Assembly: GCA_964016885.1 (NCBI GenBank)
Contig: OZ024744.1
Coordinates: 132,370,001-132,434,000 of the forward strand
Source: Eledone cirrhosa
Taxonomy: Eukaryota
Direction: 5' to 3'
DNA: 64,000 nucleotides
Positions 23,517 through 35,300 of this stretch are shown in pieces. The translations under genes and the position numbers were made by a program. The first letter of the stretch is position 1; each line of letters starts with the position of its first letter. The notes beneath the pieces are model-generated. The model searched no databases, was not told the DNA's origin, and saw only the letters and a program-made list of their open reading frames with translations.

Positions 23517-26500
23517 AATCGGAGTTACGTTAAGTTGGGGTTAAGTTAAGTTAGGCTTAACTTAAGTTGGGCTTAAGTTAAGTTGGGGGTAAGTTAAGTT
23601 GGGGGTAAGTTAAGTTGGGGTTAATTTAAGTTGGGGTTAAGTTAAGTGGTGGTTATGTTAAGTTGGGGTTAAGTTAAGTTGGGGTTAAATTAAGTTGGGG
23701 TTAAGTTAAGTTGGGTGTAAGTTAAGTTGGGGTTGAGTGAAGTTGGGGTTAAGTTAAGTTGGGGTTAAGTAGAGTTGGGGTTAAGTTAATTGGGGTTAAG
23801 TTAAGTTGGTGTTAAGTTGGTGTTAAGTTAAGTTGGGGTTAAGTTGGGGTTAAGTTAAGTGGTGGTTATGTTAAGTTGGGGTTAACTTAAGTTGGGGTTA
23901 ATTTAAATTGGGGTTAAGTTAACTTTGTGGTTAAGTTAAGTTGGGGTTAAGTTAAGTTGGGGTTAAGTTAAGTTGGGGTTGAGGGAAGTTGGGGTTAAGT
24001 TAAGTTGGGGTTAACTTAAGTTGGGTTTAAGTTAAGTTGCGGTTAAGTTAAGTTGGGGTTAAGTTAAGTTGGGGTTAAGTTAAGTCGGGGTTAAGTTAAG
24101 TTGGGGTTAATTTAAGTTGGGGTTAAGTTAAGTTGGGGTTAAGTTAAGTTGGGGTTAATTTAAGTTGGGGTTAAGTTCAGTTGGGGTTAATTTAAGTTGG
24201 GGTTAAGTTAAGTTGGGTTTAAGTTAAGTTGGGGTTAAATTAAGTTGGGGTTAAATTAAGTTGGGGTTAAGTTAAGTTGGGGTTAGGTTAAGTTGGGGAT
24301 AAGTTAAGTTGGGGATAAGCTAAGTTGGGGTTAAGTTAAGTTGGGTTTAAGTTAAGTTGGGGTTAAGTTAAGTCGGGGTTATGTTAAGTCGGTGTTACGT
24401 TAAGTTAGGGTTAAGTTAAGTTGGGGTTAAGTTAAGTTGGGGTTGAGTTAAGTTGGGGTTGAGTTAAATTGGGGTTGAGTTAATTTGGGGTTAAGTTAAG
24501 TTGGGGTTAAGTTAAGTTGGGGTTGAGTTAAGTTGGGGTTACCTCAAGTTGGGGCTAAGTTAAGTTGGGGCTGAGTTAAGTTGGGTGTACGTTAAGTTGG
24601 GGTTGACTGAAGTTGGGGTTAAGTTAAGTTGGGGTTAAGTTAAGTTAGGGTTAATTTAAGTTGGGGTTATGTTAAGTTGGGGTTAAGTTAAGTTGGGGTT
24701 AAGTAGAGTTGGGGTTAATTTAAGTTGGGGTTAAGTTAAGTTGGTGTTAAGTTGGGGTTAATTTAAGTGGTGGTTATGTTAAGTTGGGGTTAAGTTAAGT
24801 TGGGGTTAATTTAAATTGGGGTTAAGTTAACTTTGTGGTTAAGTTAAGTTGGAGTTAAGTTAAGTTGGAGTTAAGTTAAGTTGGGGTTGAGTGAAGTTGG
24901 GGTTAAGTTAAGTTGGGGTTAACTTAAGTTGGGTTTGAGTTAAGTTGGGGTTAAGTTAAGTTGGGGTTTAATTAAGTTGGGGTTGAGTTAAGTTGGGGTT
25001 GACTTAAGTTGGGCTTAAGTTAAGTTGGGGTTAAGTTAAGATGTGGTTAAGTTAAGTTGGGGTTAAGTTAAATTGGGGTTAAATTAAGTTGGGGTTAAGT
25101 TAAGTTGGGGGTAAGGTAAGTTGGTGGTAAGTTAAGTTGGGGGTAAGTTAAGATGGGGCTAAGTTAAGTTGGGGTTAAGTTAATTTGGGGTTAAGTTAAG
25201 TTTGGGTTAAGTTAAGTTGGGGTTGACTTAAGTTGGGGTTAAGTTAAGTTGGGGTTATGTTAAGTTGGGTTTAAGTTAAGTTGGGGTTAAGTTAAGTTGG
25301 GGTTAAGTTAAGTTGCGGTTAAGTTAAGTTGGGGTTAAGTTAAGTTGGGGTTAAGTTAAGTTGGGGTTAAGTTAAGTTGGGGTTAAGTTAAGTTGGGGTT
25401 AATTTAAGTTGGGGTTAAATTAAGTTGGGGTTAATTTAAGTTGGGGGTTAAGATAAGTTGGGGTTAAGTTAAGTTGGGGTTAAATTAAGTTGGGGTTAAG
25501 TTAAGTTGGGGTTAATTTAAGTTGGGGTTAAGTTAAGTTGGGGTTGAGTTAAGTTGGGGGTAAGTTAAGTTAGGGGTAAGTTAAGTTGGGTGTAAGTTAA
25601 GATGGGGTTAAGTTAAGTTGGGGTTAAGTTATTTTGGGGTTAAGTTAAGTTGGGGGTAAGTTAAGTTGGTGATAAGTTAAGTTGGGGGTAAGTTAAGTTG
25701 GGGTTAAGTTAAGTTGGGTTAAGTTGGGGTTAAGTTAAGTTAGGGTTAAGTTAAGTTGGGGTTGAGTTAAGTTGGGGTTAAGTTAAGAGGTGGTTATGTT
25801 CAGTTGGGGTTAAGTTAAGTTGGGGTTAAGTTAAGTTGGGGTTAATTTAAGTTGGGGTTAAGATAAGTTGGGGTTAAGTTAAGTTGGGGTTGAGTTAAGT
25901 TGGGGTTGAGTTAATTTGGGGTTAAGTTAAGTTGGGGTTAACTTAATTTGGGTTTAATTTAAGTTGGGGTTAAGTTAAGTTGGGGTTAAATTAAGTTGGG
26001 ATTAAGTTAAGTTGGGTGTACGTTAAGTTGGGGTTGACTGAAGTTGGGGTTAAGTTAAGTTGGGGTTAAGTAGAGTTGGGGTTAATTTAAGTTGGGGTTA
26101 AGTTAAGTTGGTGTTAAGTTGGGGTTAAGTTAAGTTGGGGTTAAGTTGGGGTTAAGTTAAGTGGTGGTTATGTTAAGTTGGGGTTAAGTTAAGTTGGGGT
26201 TAATTTAAATTGGGGTTAAGTTAACTTTGTGGTTAAGTTAAGTTGGAGTTAAGTTAAGTTGGGGTTAAGTTAAGTTGGGGTTGAGTGAAGTTGGGGTTAA
26301 TTTAAGTTGGGGTTCAGTTAAGTTGGGGTTAAGTTAAGTTGGGGTTGAGTGAAGTTGGGGTTAATTTAAGTTGGGGTTAAGTTAAGTTGGGGTTAAGTTA
26401 AGTTGGGGTTAAGTTAAGTTGGGGTTAAGTTAAGTTGGGTTTAAGTTAAGTTGGGGTTAAATTAAGTTGGGGTTAAATTAAAGTGGGGTTAAGTTAAGTT

Positions 26501-29107
26501 GGGGGTAAGTTAAGTTGGGGGCAAGTTAAGTTGGTGTTAAGTTAAGTTGGGGTTAAGTTAAGTTGGGGTTAAGTTAAGTTGGGTTTAAGTTAAGTTGGGA
26601 CTAAGTTAAGTTAGGGCTAAGTTCAGTTGGGGTAAAGTTAAGTTGGGGCTAAGTTAAGTTGGGTATAAGTTGAGTTGGGGTTAAGTTAAGTTGGGGTTAA
26701 GTTAAGTTGGGGTTAAATTAAGTTGGGGTTAATTAAGTTGGGGTTAAGTTAAGTTGGGGTTAAGTTAAGTTGGGGTTAATTTAAGTTGGGGTTGTGTTAA
26801 TTTGGGGTTAAGTTAAGTTGGGGTTATATTAAGTTGGGGTTAAGTTAAGTTGGGTTTAAGTTAAGTTGGGGTTAAGTTAAGTTGGGGTTAAGTTGAGTTA
26901 GGGTTAATTTAAGTTGGGGTTATGTTAAGTTGGGGTTAAGTTAAGTTGGGGTTAAGTAGAGTTGGGGTTAATTTAAGTTGGGGTTAAGTTAAGTTGGTGT
27001 TAAGTTGGGGTTAAGTTAAGTTGGGGTTAAGTTGGGGTTAAGTTGAGTGGTGGTTATGTTAAGTTGGGGTTAAGTTAAGTTGGGGTTAATTTAAATTGGG
27101 GTTAAGTTAACTTTGTGGTTAAGTTAAGTTGGAGTTAAGTTAAGTTGGGGTTAAGTTAAGTTGGGGTTGAGTTAAGTTGGGGTTAAATTAAGTTGGGGTT
27201 AAATTAAGGTGGGGTTAAGTTAAGTTGGGGGTAAGTTAAGTTGGGGGCAAGTTAAGTTGGTGTTAAGTTAAGTTGGGGTTAAGTTAAGTTGGGGTTAAGT
27301 TAAGTTGGGTTTAAGTTAAGTTGGGACTAAGTTAAGTTAGGGCTAAGTTAAGTTGGGGTTAATTAAGTTGGGGCTAAGTTAAGTTGGGTCTAAGTTGAGT
27401 TGGGGTTAAGTTAAGTTGGGGTTAAGTTAAGTTGGGGTTAAATTAAGTTGGGGTTAATTAAGTTGGGGTTAAGTTAAGTTGGGGTTAAGTTAAGTTGGGG
27501 TTAATTTAAGTTGGGGGTAAGTTAAGTTGGTGGTAAGTTAAGTTGGGGTTAAGTTAAGTTGGGGTTAATTTAAATTGGGGTTAATTTAACTTTGTGGTTA
27601 AGTTAAGTTGGGGTTTATTTAAGTTGGGTTTAAGTTAAGTTGGGGTTGAGTTAAGTTGGGGTTGAGTGAAGTTGGGGTTAAGTTAAGTCGGGGTTAATTT
27701 AAGTTGGGGTTGAGTTAAGTCGGGGTTAATTCAAGTTGGGGCTAAGTTAATTTGTGGTTAAGTTAAGTTGGGGTTAAGTTAAGTTGGGGTTAAGTTAAGT
27801 TGGGGGTAAGTTAAGTTGGGGGCAAGTTAAGTTGGGGTTAAGTTAAGTTGCGGTTAATTTAAGTTGGGGTTAAGTTAAGTTGGGTTTAAGTTAAGTTGGG
27901 GTTCAGTTAAGTTGGGGTTTAGTTAAGTTGGGGTTAAGTTAAGTTGGGGTTGAGTTAAGTTGGGGTTTAATTAAGTTGGGGTTGAGTTAAGTTGGGGTTT
28001 AGTTAAGTGGGGGTTGAGTTAAGTTGGGGTTAAGCTAAGTTGGGGTTAAGTTAAATTGAGGTTAAGTTAACTTGGGTTTGAGTTAAGTTGGGGTTAAGTT
28101 AAGTTGGTGTTAAGTTCAGTTCAGGTTAAGTTAACTTGGGGTTAAGTTAAGTTGGGGTTGAGTTAAGTTGGGGTTGAGTTAAGTTGGGGTTAAGTTAAGT
28201 TGGGGTTAACTTAAGTTGGGGTTAAGTTAAGTTGGGGTTAATTTAAGTTGGGGTTCAGTTAAATTGAGGTTAAGATAACTTGGGTTTGCGTTAAGATGGG
28301 GTTAAGTTAGGTTTGTCGAAAACCTTATATAATCATTTTTATTTAGGTTCTTCGAAACACCTTATATAATCAATTTTTTTAGGTTTTTCGAAAAACCTTA
28401 TATAATCAATTTTTTAATACTTTTAGAAATATTTATATCTGATTTCAAATATTGATTTTATTAGGTTTTTGGAATAATCAATTTTTTTTACGTTTTTCGA
28501 AAAATGTTATATAATCAATTTTTTTTAGGTTTTTCGAATCAATTCAATTTTTATAATCAAATATTTTTAGGTTTTTAGAAAAACCTTATATAATCAAATT
28601 TTTTTAGGTTTTTCGAAAAACCTTATATAATTAATTTTTTTATACTTTTAGAAATATTTATATCTGATTTCAAATATTGGATTTTTTAGGTTTTTCGATA
28701 ATCAATTTTTTTTAGATTTTTCGAAAAATCTTATATAATCAATTTTTTTACGTTTTTAGAAAGACCTTATATAATCAATTTTTTTATACTTTTAGAAATA
28801 TTTATATCTGATTTCAAATATTGATTTTTTTTTTAGGTTTTTCGAAATACCTTATATAATCAATTTTTTTTAGGTTTTTCAAATTACTTTATATAATCAA
28901 TTTTTTTTATCTGATTTCAAATATTGATTTTTTTAGCTTTTTCGACAAAATCTTATATAATCAATTTTTTTTAGGTTTTTCGAAAAAGAATGAATTTGAG
29001 TTCATAGTCGAAATATATACTTCTGCATTAATCTTTTTACGTTTTTTTGATTTTTTTTAAAAAAACGTAAAAAATTAATGCTTTTACAAATCTTTTGAAA
29101 TATTCAC

Positions 29108-29159
29108 AATCTGCAAAATTTGAAACTAGAAAGTGTTCTAGTTTCAAATTTTGCAGATT
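29108..29159. repeat. Perfect inverted repeat, 24-bp arms with a 4-nt loop, in satellite A
   Basis: AATCTGCAAAATTTGAAACTAGAA-agtg-TTCTAGTTTCAAATTTTGCAGATT. Its right part is also the first bases of the window. Confidence 0.92.
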
Positions 29160-32100
29160 AAATTTTTCTCGAAAAACCTAAAAAATCAGTTGTCGAAATC
29201 AGAAGTTAATATTTCGTAAAACGCAATTTGAAAAACTCATTAATTTTTTTTCGAAAACTTATTATATAATCAATTTTTTTATACTTTTAGAAATATTTAT
29301 ATCTGATTTCAAATATTGATTTTTTTAGGTTTTTCGAAAACCCTATATAATCAATTTTTTTGTACTTTTAGAAATATCTATATCTGATTTCATGTATTGA
29401 TTTTTTTATATTTTTCGAAAAAGCTTAGATAATCAATTTTTTTAGGTCTTTCGAAAACATTATATAATCAATTTTTTTTTAGGTTTTTCGAAAAAACCTT
29501 ATATAATCAATTTTTTTTAGGTTTTTCAAATATTGATTTTTTTAGCTTTTTCGACAAAATCTTATATAATCAATTTTTTTTAGGTTTTTCGAAAAAGAAT
29601 GAATTTGAGTTCATAGTCGAAATATATACTTCTGCATTAATCTTTTTACGTTTTTTTGATTTTTTTAAAAAAACGTAAAAAATTAATGCTTTTACAAATC
29701 TTTTGAAATATTTACTTTCTAGTTTCAAATTTTGCAGATTAAATTTTTCTCGAAAAACCTAAAAAATCAGTTGTCGAAATCAGAAGTTAATATTTCGAAA
29801 AACGCAATTTGAAAAACTCATATTAATTTTTTTTCGAAAACATTATATAATCAATTTTTTAGAAATATTTATATCTGATTTCAAATATTAATCAATATTT
29901 TTAGGTTTTTCGAAAACCCTATATAATCAATTTTTTTGTACTTTTAGAAATATCTATATCTGATTTCATGTATTGATTTTTTTATATTTTTCGAAAAAGC
30001 TTAGATAATCAATTTTTTTAGATCTTTCGAAAACATTATATAATCAATTTTTTTTTAGGTTTTTCGAAAAAACCTTATATAATCAATTCTTTTTAGGTTT
30101 TTTCGAAAAATCTTATATAATCAATTTTTTTACGTTTTTAGAAAAACCTTATATAATCAATTTTTTTTAGATTTTTCAAAAAACCTTATATAATCAATTT
30201 TTTTTGTTTTTTTGAAAAATCTTATATAATCAATTTTTTTACGTTTTTAGAAATATTTATATCTGATTTCAAATATTGATTTTTTTTAGGTTTTTCGAAT
30301 TACCTTATATAATCAATTTTTTTTAGGTTTTTCAAATTACCATAAGGTAATTTGAAAAACCTAAAAAAAATTGATCTGATTTCAAACATTGATTTTTTTA
30401 GCTTTTTCGACAAAATCTTATATAATCAATTTTCTTTAGGTTTTTCGAAAAAGAATGAATTTGAGTTCATAGTCGAAATATATACTTCTGCATTAATCTT
30501 TTTACGTTTTTTTGAAAAAATTAATGCTTTTACAAATCTTTTGAAATATTTACTTTCTAGTTTCAAATTTTGCAGATTAAATTTTTCTCGAAAAACCTAA
30601 AAAATCAGTTGTCGAAATCAGAAGTTAATATTTCGTAAAACGCAATTTGAAAAACTCATTAATTTTTTTTCGAAAACTTATTATATAATCAATTTTTTTA
30701 TACTTTTAGAAATATTTATATCTGATTTCAAATATTGATTTTTTTAGGTTTTTCGAAAACCCTATATAATCAATTTTTTTGTACTTTTAGAAATATCTAT
30801 ATCTGATTTCATGTATTGATTTTTTTATATTTTTCGAAAAAGCTTAGATAATCAATTTTTTTAGGTCTTTCGAAAACATTATATAATCAATTTTTTTTTA
30901 GGTTTTTCGAAAAAACCTTATATAATCAATTTTTTTTAGGTTTTTCAAATATTGATTTTTTTAGCTTTTTCGACAAAATCTTATATAATCAATTTTTTTT
31001 AGGTTTTTCGAAAAAGAATGAATTTGAGTTCATAGTCGAAATATATACTTCTGCATTAATCTTTTTACGTTTTTTTGATTTTTTTAAAAAAACGTAAAAA
31101 ATTAATGCTTTTACAAATCTTTTGAAATATTTACTTTCTAGTTTCAAATTTTGCAGATTAAATTTTTCTCGAAAAACCTAAAAAATCAGTTGTCGAAATC
31201 AGAAGTTAATATTTCGAAAAACGCAATTTGAAAAACTCATATTAATTTTTTTTCGAAAACATTATATAATCAATTTTTTAGAAATATTTATATCTGATTT
31301 CAAATATTGATTTTTTTAGGTTTTTCGAAAACCCTATATAATCAATTTTTTTGTACTTTTAGAAATATCTATATCTGATTTCATGTATTGATTTTTTTAT
31401 ATTTTTCGAAAAATCTTATATAATCAATTTTTTTACGTTTTTAGAAAAACCTTATATAATCAATTTTTTTTAGGTTTTTCGAAAAACCTTATATAATCAA
31501 TTTTTTTGTTTTTTCGAAAAATCTTATATAATCAATTTTTTTACGTTTTTAGAAATATTTATATCTGATTTCAAATATTGATTTTTTTTAGATTTTTCGA
31601 AATACCTTATATAATCAATTTTTTTTAGGTTTTTCAAATTACCTTATATAATCAATTTTTTTTATCAGATTTCAAATATTGATTTTTTTTAGCTTTTTCG
31701 ACAAAATCTTATATAATCAATTTTTTTTAGGTTTTTCGAAAAAGAATGAATTTGAGTTCATAGTCGAAATATATACTTCTGCATTAATCTTTTTACGTTT
31801 TTTTGATTTTTTTTAAAAAAACGTAAAAAATTAATGCTTTTACAAATCTTTTGAAATATTTACTTTCTAGTTTCAAATTTTGCAGATTAAATTTTTCTCG
31901 AAAAACCTAAAAAATCAGTTGTCGAAATCAGAAGTTAATATTTCGAAAAACGCAATTTGAAAAACTCATATTAATTTTTTTTCGAAAACATTATATAATC
32001 AATTTTTTAGAAATATTTATATCTGATTTCAAATATTGATTTTTTTAGGTTTTTCGAAAACCCTATATAATCAATTTTTTTGTACTTTTAGAAATATCTA

Positions 32101-32316
32101 TATCTGATTTCATGTATTGATTTTTTTATATTTTTCGAAAAAGCTTAGATAATCAATTTTTTTAGGTCTTTCGAAAACATTATATAATCAATTTTTTTTT
32201 AGGTTTTTCGAAAAAACCTTATATAATCAATTTTTTTTAGGTTTTTCAAATATTGATTTTTTTAGCTTTTTCGACAAAATCTTATATAATCAATTTTTTT
32301 TAGGTTTTTCGAAAAA

Positions 32317-35300
32317 GAATGAATTTGAGTTCATAGTCGAAATATATACTTCTGCATTAATCTTTTTACGTTTTTTTGATTTTTTTAAAAAAACGTAAAA
32401 AATTAATGCTTTTACAAATCTTTTGAAATATTTACTTTCTAGTTTCAAATTTTGCAGATTAAATTTTTCTCGAAAAACCTAAAAAATCAGTTGTCGAAAT
32501 CAGAAGTTAATATTTCGAAAAACGCAATTTGAAAAACTCATATTAATTTTTTTTCGAAAACATTATATAATCAATTTTTTAGAAATATTTATATCTGATT
32601 TCAAATATTGATTTTTTTAGGTTTTTCGAAAACCCTATATAATCAATTTTTTTGTACTTTTAGAAATATCTATATCTGATTTCATGTATTGATTTTTTTA
32701 TATTTTTCGAAAAATTTTATATAATCAATTTTTTTACGTTTTTAGAAAAACCTTATATAATCAATTTTTTTTAGGTTTTTCGAAAAACCTTATATAATCA
32801 ATTTTTTTATGTTTTTTCGAAAAATCTTATATAATCAATTTTTTTACGTTTTTAGAAATATTTATATCTGATTTCAAATATTGATTTTTTTTAGATTTTT
32901 CGAAATACCTTATATAATCAATGTTTTTTAGGTTTTTCAAATTACCTTATATAATCAATTTTTTTTATCAGATTTCAAATATTGATTTTTTTTAGCTTTT
33001 TCGACAAAATCTTATATAATCAATTTTTTTTAGGTTTTTCGAAAAAGAATGAATTTGAGTTCATAGTCGAAATATATACTTCTGCATTAATCTTTTTACG
33101 TTTTTTTGATTTTTTTTAAAAAAACGTAAAAAATTAATGCTTTTACAAATCTTTTGAAATATTTACTTTCTAGTTTCAAATTTTGCAGATTAAATTTTTC
33201 TCGAAAAACCTAAAAAATCAGTTGTCGAAATCAGAAGTTAATATTTCGAAAAACGCAATTTGAAAAACTCATATTAATTTTTTTTCGAAAACATTATATA
33301 ATCAATTTTTTAGAAATATTTATATCTGATTTCAAATATTAATCAATATTTTTAGGTTTTTCGAAAACCCTATATAATCAATTTTTTTGTACTTTTAGAA
33401 ATATCTATATCTGATTTCATGTATTGATTTTTTTATATTTTTCGAAAAAGCTTAGATAATCAATTTTTTTAGATCTTTCGAAAACATTATATAATCAATT
33501 TTTTTTTAGGTTTTTCGAAAAAACCTTATATAATCAATTCTTTTTAGGTTTTTTCGAAAAATCTTATATAATCAATTTTTTTACGTTTTTAGCAAAACCT
33601 TATATAATCAATTTTTTTTAGATTTTTCAAAAAACCTTATATAATCAATTTTTTTTGTTTTTTTGAAAAATCTTATATAATCAATTTTTTTACGTTTTTA
33701 GAAATATTTATATCTGATTTCAAATATTGATTTTTTTTAGATATTTCGAAATACCTTATATAATCAATTTTTTTTAGGTTTTTCAAACTACCTTATATAA
33801 TCAATTTTTTTCATCAGATTTCAAATATTGATTTTTTTTTAGCTTTTTCGACAAAATCTTATATAATCAATTTTTTTTAGGTTTTTCGAAAAAGAATGAA
33901 TTTGAGTTCATAGTCGAAATATATACTTCTGCATTAATCTTTTTACGTTTTTTTGATTTTTTTTAAAAAAACGTAAAAAATTAATGCTTTTACAAATCTT
34001 TTGAAATATTTACTTTCTAGTTTCAAATTTTGCAGATTAAATTTTTCTCGAAAAACCTAAAAAATCAGTTGTCGAAATCAGAAGTTAATATTTCGAAAAA
34101 CGCAATTTGAAAAACTCATATTAATTTTTTTTCGAAAACATTATATAATCAATTTTTTAGAAATATTTATATCTGATTTCAAATATTGATTTTTTTAGGT
34201 TTTTCGAAAACCCTATATAATCAATTTTTTTGTACTTTTAGAAATATCTATATCTGATTTCATGTATTGATTTTTTTATATTTTTCGAAAAATCTTATAT
34301 AATCAATTTTTTTACGTTTTTAGAAAAACCTTATATAATCAATTTTTTTTAGGTTTTTCGAAAAACCTTATATAATCAATTTTTTTATGTTTTTTCGAAA
34401 AATCTTATATAATCAATTTTTTTACGTTTTTAGAAATATTTATATCTGATTTCAAATATTGATTTTTTTTAGATTTTTCGAAATACCTTATATAATCAAT
34501 TTTTTTTAGGTTTTTCAAATTACCTTATATAATCAATTTTTTTTATCAGATTTCAAATATTGATTTTTTTAGCTTTTTCGACAAAATCTTATATAATCAA
34601 TTTTTTTTAGGTTTTTCGAAAAAGAATGAATTTGAGTTCATAGTCGAAATATATACTTCTGCATTAATCTTTTTACGTTTTTTTGATTTTTTTTAAAAAA
34701 ACGTAAAAAATTAATGCTTTTACAAATCTCTTGAAATATTCACTTTCTAGTTTCAAATTTTGCAGATTAAATTTTTCTCGAAAAACCTAAAAAATCAGTT
34801 GTCGAAATCAGAAGTTAATATTTCGTAAAACGCAATTTGAAAAACTCATATTAATTTTTTTTCGAAAACTTATTATATAATCAATTTTTTTATACTTTTA
34901 GAAATATTTATATCTGATTTCAAATATTGATTTTTTTAGGTTTTTCGAAAACCCTATATAATCAATTTTTTTGTACTTTTAGAAATATCTATATCTGATT
35001 TCATGTATTGATTTTTTTATATTTTTCGAAAAAGCTTAGATAATCAATTTTTTTAGGTCTTTCGAAAACATTATATAATCAATTTTTTTTTATATAATCA
35101 ATTATATAATCAATTCTTTTTAGGTTTTTTCGAAAAATCTTATATAATCAATTTTTTTACGTTTTTAGAAAAACCTTATATAATCAATTTTTTTTAGATT
35201 TTTCAAAAAACCTTATATAATCAATTTTTTTTAGGTTTTTCGAAAAACCTTATATAATCAATTTTTTTTGTTTTTTTGAAAAATCTTATATAATCAATTT

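Larger units (their letters stand above)
6491..28306 (+). repeat. G-rich 16-bp satellite B, (TTAAGTTAAGTTGGGG)n, block 1 (~21.8 kb)
   Basis: Directly readable 16-bp periodicity with point variants and 11-bp/21-bp variants (loss or gain of one TTAAG). G-rich strand is + except for 10 inverted islands. Confidence 0.98.
1..29132. repeat. Composite macro-repeat (satellite A + satellite B), first period
   Basis: The window start GTGTTCTAGTTTC recurs at 29133. The A/B junction TTCAAATTACCCCGACTTAACCCCGAC is identical at ~6481 and ~41303. The rare variant GGTTATATGGGG occurs at ~22615 and ~63529. Confidence 0.93.

Noticed and set aside
6491-28306. A functional telomerase-synthesised terminal tract
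   Set aside because: The block is flanked on both sides by satellite A, contains inversions, and has variants copied in kilobase blocks, which indicates recombinational amplification.
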